Shown: in pieces, positions 8,737-16,658 of the stretch
Position numbering within the stretch: position 1 is the stretch's first letter
How the letters are laid out: every line of letters starts with the position of its first letter
DNA from: an uncultured archaeon
GTDB taxonomy: Archaea; Iainarchaeota; Iainarchaeia; Iainarchaeales; DTGL01
Assembly (NCBI GenBank): GCA_964551725.1
Contig: CAZKED010000004.1
Span: 1-37,225 of the forward strand
Reading direction: 5' to 3'
Length of the DNA stretch: 37,225 nucleotides
Made by a program: the position numbers and the translations under genes
The notes under the pieces: model-generated
Told to the model about the DNA's origin: nothing
Seen by the model: the letters and a program-made list of their open reading frames with translations, nothing else
Databases searched by the model: none

Positions 8737-9150
8737 TTGGCTAGATACAAAAAAGGCGCGGATGCAGAGCGCGAATTAATCCAAATGCTCTACAGAAAGG
8801 GCTTTGCAGTTGTGCGCGTGGCGGGTTCAGGTGCCACGAGTCTGCCGTGCCCAGACTGCCTTGCGCTGAGCAAAAAAAGGAAGCTTGCATTTGAGTGCAA
8901 GGCGTGGAGCGGGAATTACCTGCACCTGCCGGTTCAGCAGATGGACGAGCTTTCCCGCTGGTCAGAGATTGCAGGAATAGACTTTTTCGTCGCATGGAAG
9001 ATTCCCAGGGAGGGATGGCTTTTCCTGGGCAAGAATGCCTTTCATAAAAGCGAAAAGAATTATTCAATAAGCAAAAAGGAAGCAAAGAACAGGGGCGTTC
9101 TCCTGCCCGTGCTCACGGGAGAGCAAAAGCGCCTCAGCGTCAGACGATAG
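8737..9150 (+). CDS. hjc: Holliday junction resolvase Hjc
   Basis: KGADAERELI..L...GFAVVRVAGSG...PD...AFECK. TTG start after GGAGG. Confidence 0.94.
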   Translation: MARYKKGADAERELIQMLYRKGFAVVRVAGSGATSLPCPDCLALSKKRKLAFECKAWSGNYLHLPVQQMDELSRWSEIAGIDFFVAWKIPREGWLFLGKNAFHKSEKNYSISKKEAKNRGVLLPVLTGEQKRLSVRR

Positions 9151-9760
9151 TGGAACTGAAAAGCATCGTTATTCCAGTGAGGCACATTATTATGAAAATG
9201 ATAATGGAGTCGAGGGTTATTGCCTGCGCCACAACAAAAAAGAAATAGAGTGCCGCGCCCAGGAACACAACTCCGCCGAGCACGAGCAGCAGCGTAACCC
9301 ACTCGTTTTTCGTGCCCAGCCTGCGCAGCTGCATTTCCTTGAGTTCCTTGCCCACATTAGCGCTTTCCTCTCTCACCTTGTCCAGTTTTTCGTTCATTGC
9401 GCTGTTCACTTCGTTCACCAGCTTCATTTCGTCGCTGAATTTTTTCTTGAGGGATTTTGCCGCCTCCCCGACGTATTCGTCAATCGTTTCCTCGAGTCTT
9501 TTTTCGGCTTTTTTTATTTCCTTTTCAACACGCGCCTCTAATTCGGGCATTGCCTTGTCCACCTGCATTTTTGAAAGCTTGCCTATTTCGCCCTCGAGCA
9601 ATGCAAAGGTGTCGGCTTGCCCGACCATCACGAGCTTTTTCGCCTGATCCGGTTGCACGCCGAGCTCTTTCAAAGTGTCAATTATTTTCTTCTCGCTTTC
9701 CCCGCTTCTCACCATGTCCTGTATTATTTTAATAATGCTTGCCTGGCTTTTTTCCGGCAT
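9140..9760 (-). CDS. Coiled-coil protein with two C-terminal TM helices
   Basis: Long K/E-rich helical region followed by two hydrophobic segments. Confidence 0.75.
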   Translation of the reverse strand: MPEKSQASIIKIIQDMVRSGESEKKIIDTLKELGVQPDQAKKLVMVGQADTFALLEGEIGKLSKMQVDKAMPELEARVEKEIKKAEKRLEETIDEYVGEAAKSLKKKFSDEMKLVNEVNSAMNEKLDKVREESANVGKELKEMQLRRLGTKNEWVTLLLVLGGVVFLGAALYFFFVVAQAITLDSIIIFIIMCLTGITMLFSSTIV

Positions 9761-9777
9761 CCCATCAGCTCCTCTCG

Positions 9778-10416
9778 CTATCCTATCTCTATTATTGTTT
9801 CCTCTCTTTTTATTACTTTTGGCGTTGTTAGAACCATGCCGAGCACGGTTCTGCCGCGCGCTACAGGCGTGAGGGAAAACTCCGCTTTCCTGCAGTCCCC
9901 TTTTTTCAGGGGGAAGGAAACGCTTTTTCCCCCGCCCTGGAAGAAGTCCAGGTCATGCTCTTCCTCCAGTTTCACCGATGCAAAGTCCTCCGCCATATTG
10001 CATGCTTCCACGCTGAACAGGTATTCCCCGCCGACTACAGCGGAATTCTTTTCGCTGAAGGCAAGCGTTATTCCAAGTTCCTCCTCCGACCTCGCGACCC
10101 TTGTGGATATCTCCGGGTGAAAAGCCGCGCTTGCCTTTATTACCTCCACTGTTTCGCTTTCAGGCAGGAATATTTCCTTCCTGTAATTCGCGCTGTTCTC
10201 CTGTCCGAGTTCGGCAATGCAGTCTATTGTCTGCCCGTGCTCGTCGTAAATCCTTATCCCGCGTATGCTCCTTATGCTCTCGTTTTTTATAAAAAGCCTG
10301 TCGCCCATTTTGGCAAACCTGAGACCGGGCGTGAAAAGGAAATAAATAAGCGCAAGGAAGAAGAACAGGAATATCAGGCCGAATGCAGCAACAGCGCGCT
10401 TTTTTTCCTTAATCAT
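9778..10416 (-). CDS. N-terminally anchored hypothetical protein (beta-sandwich-like)
   Basis: KEKKR plus hydrophobic anchor, followed by a beta-rich region. Confidence 0.7.
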   Translation of the reverse strand: MIKEKKRAVAAFGLIFLFFFLALIYFLFTPGLRFAKMGDRLFIKNESIRSIRGIRIYDEHGQTIDCIAELGQENSANYRKEIFLPESETVEVIKASAAFHPEISTRVARSEEELGITLAFSEKNSAVVGGEYLFSVEACNMAEDFASVKLEEEHDLDFFQGGGKSVSFPLKKGDCRKAEFSLTPVARGRTVLGMVLTTPKVIKREETIIEIG

Positions 10417-10470
10417 AAATGTATTAAATTGACCTTTTTATTAAATTTTTGCTTTTTCCATTCCGGGGCT

Positions 10471-10818
10471 TCAGAGAAGGCTTAGTGTGCCTGAAATTCT
10501 GTCTATTTCTTTTTCCGGGGCAGGACCTATTGCAACGCATGTTGCAGTGCCCTTCCTTACCTGCGTTTTTCCCGCGTCCCTTACAAGCGCTCTGGGCAGC
10601 CCCCTTGCTTTATTGTAAAGCGCGAAAAGTTCTCTCCTACTTTCAACCCTGAGCACTATTTTTGCCTGTCCCCCCTGCAGCCATTTTTCAGCCCAGCCGG
10701 AATGCGTTTTCTCCGCTTTCAGGAATGCCTCGAGCGACGCATGCGCGCACTGCGCTGAAATTTTTCCCCTGCCCATGCCGAGGTCCTTTCTCACAATGAG
10801 TGCCTGCTTGAACTCCAT
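10471..10818 (-). CDS. pth2: Peptidyl-tRNA hydrolase Pth2
   Basis: KQALIVRKDLGMGRGKISAQCAHAS, GQAKIVL, VRDAGKTQV, AIGPAP. Confidence 0.97.
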   Translation of the reverse strand: MEFKQALIVRKDLGMGRGKISAQCAHASLEAFLKAEKTHSGWAEKWLQGGQAKIVLRVESRRELFALYNKARGLPRALVRDAGKTQVRKGTATCVAIGPAPEKEIDRISGTLSLL

Positions 10819-10883
10819 TCACATCAATTGAGTGCAAGCAACTTAAAATTGTTTCCTTTCCCTTTTCAGGAATGTTTTTATAG

Positions 10884-12674
10884 GTGAAAGCAGTTATTTT
10901 TCTGGTGCTCTGCATGCTGCTTGCTGGAAAGAAATGGCTTTTTGCATTGATTTTTTTAGCATTCTTTTTACTGGGCGCTCATGCGCAGATGCAGGACTCC
11001 GATAACGACAGCATTCCAGATGAACAGGAGCTCGCTGATGGCACCAATCCAAACGATGCGCAGAGCAACCTGCTGCAGCTGAGGGTTGAAGGTCTTGCAG
11101 CAGTGGGCGAGAAGGTGGAAATTTCTTTGTGGCATCCTTCTCTCGGAACAATTGAGGGCGTTGATTTCAGTGTGGAGGCAATAGGTTATGAGAAGGAGTT
11201 CCCTTCGTCCTCAATCGTGGAGTACGAAGTTGTAAAAAGCGGTCTTCACACCGTGAGAGCAAAAAAGGGCGCGTTTTCCGTGCACACTGAATTCATTCCG
11301 GTGTGCAAGACCGAGCTCGCTTCCTTCGGCGGATTTTCCTCCCAGTTCAGGTTGATGCTTTACTTCCTTTCGCTTGCGATAGGCGTACTGGGCTTCACTG
11401 CTTTCCGCAGGCTCCTCGAGACAATGGGTCCCGATTATCCGCCGGCGCAGTTCCCTGTTTTCTTCTCGGCGTATTTCGGGTTTTCCCTTTCGCTCATATC
11501 CCTTTTCCTCTCCCTCAGTCTTGAGATAATTCCCGCAATGTTCACCGACTTGGTGCTCGTTCTCCTCCTCGTCGCTTCTGTGAGGTTCCTCAAGGGAAAG
11601 GAAAAAATGGGCAAAGGAAAGGCGGGAACAAAAACGCATGAATTCTTCAGTATACTTCCCTTTCCTGCGGAAAGGTTCTTCGGAAAGGTTGCACCGCACA
11701 AGCGCAGGGCGATGGAGATGGAGAAAATGAAAAGGCAGATTTCCAAAAAGGTTGAAAGATTTCGGATTGCCAGCTCTGCGCAGCAGCCCGGCTCAAGGCA
11801 GCACGCCCTTGACATGGCAAGGGAAGGCGTTTCCTCGCTGAATTCCTATCTCCTGAGCCTTGTGGGCGCCAAAAAGCCCCCCGAAGAAGAGGAGGAGGTC
11901 AAAAAGACCCCGCAGCAAATAGTTGAAGAGAGAAGAATCGAGTCAATGATACAGGACATAGAGGAACAGCTTTTGAAGGAAGATAAGGAAGGGGGAAAGG
12001 TCGCGGAAGAGGGAGAAGCTGCACCAGAAAAAAAGCCGAAAATTCTTTCAAGGCTGAAGCTTCCCAAAGCCCCGCGTTTGATTGGAAAATTCATCCAAAC
12101 CGAGGAATCCGCCAAAAAAGCAGACTATAACACTGTAATAGAATTGCAGGACGAACTCGGAAACCCCCTGGACGCAAAAAAGCCGGAATTCTTCGTCCTC
12201 GGAAAAAAAGTGAAGTCCGCGGGCACGGAAAAGAACAAGGCGTTCTTCAAACTCAAGCCAGGAAACCATCCAATGTTCGTCAGGCTACTCGGATTCCTGG
12301 ATCTGCAGATTGAATTGAGCGTTTCAAAAACCCCCTCGAGTTTCAGCGCAAAGATGTCGCACGACCTCGTCATTTCAGTAACGGATGCGGAGGACAAGCC
12401 GCTGGACGACGCGTTCATCAACATTACCACAGGAAACAAAAAAGTGGTGGACATTCACTCTAACTTTATATGGAAAACACCCGCGCCAGAAGGCGCACCC
12501 CAGGGCACTGCGTTCATTCCCGTCAACCCGCTGCACCTGAAGGGGAAAATGCTTTCAATAAAGGCGGTCAAGGCAAACTACTCGAAGAAGGAACTTCTCA
12601 TACCCTCGAACAGGGTTTCCTCTGCGGAACAGCTCAAAAAAACGATTTCACTCGAGAGGATAGTGAAAGCCTGA
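10884..12674 (+). CDS. Membrane protein: signal peptide, TSP3-like Ca-binding motif, 3 TM, charged linker, C-terminal beta-sandwich domains
   Basis: Signal ending AHA, DSDNDSIPDEQELADGTNPND, three hydrophobic helices, and VIELQDELGNPL / VISVTDAEDKPLDDAFINI motifs. Start may be ATG 10913. Confidence 0.75.
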   Translation: MKAVIFLVLCMLLAGKKWLFALIFLAFFLLGAHAQMQDSDNDSIPDEQELADGTNPNDAQSNLLQLRVEGLAAVGEKVEISLWHPSLGTIEGVDFSVEAIGYEKEFPSSSIVEYEVVKSGLHTVRAKKGAFSVHTEFIPVCKTELASFGGFSSQFRLMLYFLSLAIGVLGFTAFRRLLETMGPDYPPAQFPVFFSAYFGFSLSLISLFLSLSLEIIPAMFTDLVLVLLLVASVRFLKGKEKMGKGKAGTKTHEFFSILPFPAERFFGKVAPHKRRAMEMEKMKRQISKKVERFRIASSAQQPGSRQHALDMAREGVSSLNSYLLSLVGAKKPPEEEEEVKKTPQQIVEERRIESMIQDIEEQLLKEDKEGGKVAEEGEAAPEKKPKILSRLKLPKAPRLIGKFIQTEESAKKADYNTVIELQDELGNPLDAKKPEFFVLGKKVKSAGTEKNKAFFKLKPGNHPMFVRLLGFLDLQIELSVSKTPSSFSAKMSHDLVISVTDAEDKPLDDAFINITTGNKKVVDIHSNFIWKTPAPEGAPQGTAFIPVNPLHLKGKMLSIKAVKANYSKKELLIPSNRVSSAEQLKKTISLERIVKA

Positions 12675-12695
12675 AACGCAGGGAAAAACAAACAT

Positions 12696-12703
12696 TTTTA
12701 TAA
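12696..12703 (+). promoter_or_regulatory. Putative TATA box
   Basis: TTTTATAA after an A-rich BRE-like tract, about 33 nt upstream of ATG 12737. Confidence 0.5.
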
Positions 12704-12736
12704 GCCAAACGCGGCATATTTATTTGGGAATGGTAA

Positions 12737-14281
12737 ATGGAGCCCACAGATTTTATCTTCAGCGCGGTGTTGTTCACCGCAACGATTATTTTCGTATTCT
12801 ACAGCATGCCCCATTTCCTCCCCGCTCCCTCGGAAACACCAATTCAAAGCCAGATAGACGAGGTAATGAATTCAGTCACAACAGACATTGACGTGCAGAC
12901 AGTGGTGCTGAAAGCCGACTGCGACTCCGAATTGTACGACTGCAATTACAATTACCCCATAGAAATAGACATCAATTCCGCTTACATTAACATGTACAGC
13001 CAGTATTTTTCCTCTTCCGGCAACAAGCTCTACTCGATAGGCACGATAGGAGAAGAGCAGAAAATATACCTGTTTCCCGCGTCAAAGCTCACAACCGACT
13101 ACAACACCTCCTCACTCGACCTCTCCCTTTCATCCGAGGGAGACACGCGCACGATAACAAACCAGTACCTCACGGTCACTCTCAACCCGAGGCACGGCTC
13201 GGTTGATTTTTCGGATTCAAGCGAAACAGACCTCCTCATGAGCTACGATGAAATGGACCTCAACGTTTTCGTCGACACAGAGTCTCTTGTGAAAATAGGC
13301 GACGAGAACAAGGAATTCTATTTTTACTTTTTTCCCGGTTCAGCGGAATTCTGGATTGACATAACCAGTGATTACAATTTGGAGATAAACCCGGCGCAGC
13401 GCACTTGGCGCACCGACGCAAACACCGGCAGCATTTCGGAGAACGAATGGTACACCGAATCAGGCAACACCGCATGGCATTACAGGATTCCAATTACCGT
13501 AAACTCCCTCGACCATTCAGGCACCGGCACAGTGCTGCAGCAGGACATAAATTTCCCGAGAGTTAAGGCTCTCCTGGGGATGGGCGGCTATTCGGTTGAC
13601 ACGGACAGTTTCAGAATGATTGAATATTCCAATGGCGAGATAACGGATTCCTCCGTTCCCTTCGCAATGGACTACGGCTACGGAAACCCGGCAGTACTCA
13701 AATGGCAGCTCACGGGCGAAACGGCAGCGAACACCCTCAGAGAATACGCCCTTTACTTCGATTTCACCACTTATCCTAAAACAGCCGCAACCGAGACCGA
13801 TTTAACTTACGTCGAGCTGGAAGACCCTGTCTACATTTCCCAAGCGCAGCCGGAAGCCCAGTCCCGCGACTACAGCGCAGTGGTTTCAAGCGTTGTAATC
13901 CACAACCCCAACACCATTTCAATCGAGGCGGAAAACGCTTACACGCGGAGCTGGGATTACACCGAGGAGGAGTACAGGATTCCTTTCGATTTTGATTCAG
14001 GGCTTTCATCAAGAACAGACCAGAACATTGAGGCAACAATAGATTTCGGCGCCGAGTTTTCAAGCCACAACTGTTCCTCGTGCGTTCTGGACGAGGAAAG
14101 CATAAGACTCATCGAGGTCAACAATCTTGACGAGGGGGCAATACTCTCCTTTGTTTCAGCCTCGAATTACTCCCTTGCGTATGACTCGCAGGACAACACC
14201 GGCACGCTTTCGTGGATTGTTACAGGCACAACCCCCACAAGAACGCACCGCTATTACTATTTCTACTTCGACAACGCTTAA
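12737..14281 (+). CDS. Exported acidic protein with pilin-like N-terminal helix and two DUF2341-like repeats
   Basis: MEPTDFIFSAVLF anchor. Repeats WHYRIPITV...RMIE...W...G.T...YALYFD and EYRIPFDF...RLIE...W...GTT...YYFYFD. Confidence 0.75.
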   Translation: MEPTDFIFSAVLFTATIIFVFYSMPHFLPAPSETPIQSQIDEVMNSVTTDIDVQTVVLKADCDSELYDCNYNYPIEIDINSAYINMYSQYFSSSGNKLYSIGTIGEEQKIYLFPASKLTTDYNTSSLDLSLSSEGDTRTITNQYLTVTLNPRHGSVDFSDSSETDLLMSYDEMDLNVFVDTESLVKIGDENKEFYFYFFPGSAEFWIDITSDYNLEINPAQRTWRTDANTGSISENEWYTESGNTAWHYRIPITVNSLDHSGTGTVLQQDINFPRVKALLGMGGYSVDTDSFRMIEYSNGEITDSSVPFAMDYGYGNPAVLKWQLTGETAANTLREYALYFDFTTYPKTAATETDLTYVELEDPVYISQAQPEAQSRDYSAVVSSVVIHNPNTISIEAENAYTRSWDYTEEEYRIPFDFDSGLSSRTDQNIEATIDFGAEFSSHNCSSCVLDEESIRLIEVNNLDEGAILSFVSASNYSLAYDSQDNTGTLSWIVTGTTPTRTHRYYYFYFDNA

Positions 14282-14301
14282 CCTCGCTGCATTCACGAGA
14301 A

Positions 14302-14904
14302 TCAGATTATTTTTTCCTTCCAGAGTTCCCTGAAGAGTTCCTTCGCGGCAAAGTCCATGTTGTCGCAGCCCAGGTCTATTGCTGTACGCACTTTTTCCGT
14401 TACCCTCAATCCGCTGCATTCAACGCTTTCTGCAGGCAGGTCCTCCCTGTAAACATACACGCTGCAGTTCTCCCCGCTCACTTTTCTGAGTTCCCGCAGC
14501 ACTTCCTTCTCGGCGTCCTTTCCCGCGTAAACGCACACCCTCTGCGAAACCACATTTGGAACAAACCTCTCCAGAGCCGAATCAAGGCAGAGAACGCCTT
14601 TGCCGTTAAGCATTTGCAGCACTTCCTCCTTTGAAAGGGAAACACCTGTTTTTTTGACGAGCAAATTCTTCATTTCCCTGTGCTGGGCAATGCACCCCAC
14701 TATTTTTTGCGCGTTCCCTATTCTGTAAAAGGAGTCCTTTTTCTCAATCATTTTTTCCCTGAGCAGGTGCTTTGCGACCTTGTTCGCCTGCCCCAATGAA
14801 ACACCGAGCTCGGAGCTCAAAGAAAGCTGGGTGAACGTTCCCCTGCGGAGCATTCCTTCGACTATTTTGAACGTCACGGGCTTTGAAAAATCGATTGACT
14901 TCAT
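14302..14904 (-). CDS. Winged-HTH protein with AbiEi-like (type IV antitoxin-like) C-terminal domain
   Basis: FTQLSLSSELGVSLGQANKVAKHL HTH, and C-terminal GLRVTEKVRTAIDL resembling the AbiEi V...RT..D motif. Confidence 0.65.
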   Translation of the reverse strand: MKSIDFSKPVTFKIVEGMLRRGTFTQLSLSSELGVSLGQANKVAKHLLREKMIEKKDSFYRIGNAQKIVGCIAQHREMKNLLVKKTGVSLSKEEVLQMLNGKGVLCLDSALERFVPNVVSQRVCVYAGKDAEKEVLRELRKVSGENCSVYVYREDLPAESVECSGLRVTEKVRTAIDLGCDNMDFAAKELFRELWKEKII

Positions 14905-14960
14905 AAAAGAATAGGGCGGGCATTGTTCTTAAAAAATTAGTGCATTTCTCGCATTTACTT

Positions 14961-16283
14961 TCACTGGGCGGGTTCACTGCCTTTCACTTCCCCTGCGAGA
15001 ACGATGTTGAATTCGAGCACCTGTTCCTCCACTTCAATTCCCGTGACGACCACGAACTGGTACTGCTGTCCCACTTCAGCCTGCGTGTTCAACTGCAGGG
15101 GAATAACGGTTGTCTGCTCCGGTTCGAGTGCAATGTTTGCCTCGAGCGTCTGTTCCCCGAACTTGAGGTATTTGAGCACCAGTTTCTTTGAGTAATTGTT
15201 TTTGAGTGCTATCCCCACTTGCCCGTTTTCAAGCACTTCCTGTCCGGCAAGCTCTATAAGCGTTTTGGGCGGCTCGTATGACTGGAATTCCCTGTATTCA
15301 TTCATTGAGAATTCCCTTTCCTCGACTTTTTCAAGGGAATAAATCTCCCCGTTGCCCTCAATGCTCAAGAGCATGTACGGTTTTTCCTTGGCGGTCCAGA
15401 TTTCGAGGAAAATGTCCTGCAAGTTGCCGTCCTGCAACTGCACTCTTGCGGAATACCCGAAACCGTAGGCGCTGAATTCCTTTTTAATGCCTTTTCCCAG
15501 GAATTCAATCCTCCCTGTTTTTTGTCCTCCTGATTCCAGTTCAAAGGATTTCCTTTCAATTATTTGCGCAACGGAGATTCCGAACTGCTGCTGGAATGAA
15601 AGGATTCCGAAAGGGGTTGCCAAACTGAGCAGTGAGGGCTGCATTGCGGCATTCTTTCCCACTTCCTCTTTTTTAAGCACTCCTGTTGCCCTCAGGGAAA
15701 GAACTTCCCTGTCGAGCTCGAATTCGTTGAACGCAACAGAGTTTCCCACAACGGTTGCAATCACTCCCTTCCAGAGGGCATCGCTTTCCTCTGTCACATA
15801 AACGTCAATACTTTCCCCCCCTGTTCCAAGGTAAGAGTAAAGCATTCCCTTTCCGAATTCAAGCGTGGGAATTTCCATTTCAAAATCCTTTTTGGCGGAT
15901 TTTCTGCCCTCGGGCATTATTAAAACGCTCACTTTTTCCATTGGGGGGCATTTTATTTCATAGTCAGCCAGGCCCTTTTCCAGGGCAGTTGTTTTTGAGC
16001 AGACAGCGTAGCCCTCTGGGTCCAGCAACTGTATTATTGCAACGCCTATTTCCTCAGGGGAAAAAACGCTCAATGAAACCTTTCCAGGAAACGCTTCCGC
16101 GTCCCTTATTTCAACCTCTCCTGCCCCAACCGCTCCGTTCATGTCCTCCGGCAGCCAGGGCGCTTTCCAGAAAAGGAGCACGAAAACAGCGGCAACAGCG
16201 ATTACGCCCACTGCCGCGGCAAACAGCACTGGTTTTTTGCTTTCTTTTCCCTTCTTTTTACTCAAATCGCCCAGTTTGCCCAT
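14961..16283 (-). CDS. N-terminally anchored hypothetical protein
   Basis: 440-aa ORF with basic N-terminus, one TM helix and a beta-rich remainder. Confidence 0.75.
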   Translation of the reverse strand: MGKLGDLSKKKGKESKKPVLFAAAVGVIAVAAVFVLLFWKAPWLPEDMNGAVGAGEVEIRDAEAFPGKVSLSVFSPEEIGVAIIQLLDPEGYAVCSKTTALEKGLADYEIKCPPMEKVSVLIMPEGRKSAKKDFEMEIPTLEFGKGMLYSYLGTGGESIDVYVTEESDALWKGVIATVVGNSVAFNEFELDREVLSLRATGVLKKEEVGKNAAMQPSLLSLATPFGILSFQQQFGISVAQIIERKSFELESGGQKTGRIEFLGKGIKKEFSAYGFGYSARVQLQDGNLQDIFLEIWTAKEKPYMLLSIEGNGEIYSLEKVEEREFSMNEYREFQSYEPPKTLIELAGQEVLENGQVGIALKNNYSKKLVLKYLKFGEQTLEANIALEPEQTTVIPLQLNTQAEVGQQYQFVVVTGIEVEEQVLEFNIVLAGEVKGSEPAQ

Positions 16284-16296
16284 AGATTTAAATCTA
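16283..16296. promoter_or_regulatory. Perfect 14-bp palindrome TAGATTTAAATCTA, candidate operator
   Basis: Self-complementary sequence overlapping the A of the ATG of the 440-aa minus-strand gene. Confidence 0.4.
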
Positions 16297-16494
16297 CGGC
16301 ATAACTAATTTAAACCCATTCCATCGCCTGCAGAAAACCTTTCCCCTGGGAGCACTTCCAGGCAGCGCAGGCGTTAAAAAGTCCCCTGCAAAAAACCCTT
16401 TCGCCTGAAAGTGAAACGATTTTTTTCCCTCAAAACCCCTTCTTTGCCGCGTTTCCCGTAAAACGTCCGCGGGAGTCCAGCGAAAAAGAAATGC

Positions 16495-16502
16495 TTTTAT
16501 AT
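16495..16502 (+). promoter_or_regulatory. Putative TATA box of the adhesin operon
   Basis: TTTTATAT preceded by GAAAAAGAAA. SD-like GAGGT lies just before ATG 16659. Confidence 0.5.
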
Positions 16503-16658
16503 TTCTTACTTACTTTATTGTATCGGCATTGCGCCGTAGGGCCGGCGTAATTGATTTCACAAAAAATTCCACAAAAGCAGCATTCTGTGAAATGAGCACA
16601 GGCATACGGACAGCGGCCCGCGCGCAAGCCAAAAAAAATTCTCGGAGGTCGAGGTAAA

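Noticed and set aside
16595-16630. GCACAGGCATAC...CGCAAGCC as a c-di-GMP-I riboswitch
   Set aside because: Only superficial resemblance. There is no GNRA tetraloop or receptor hairpin, so it is kept only as part of an unclassified structured leader.
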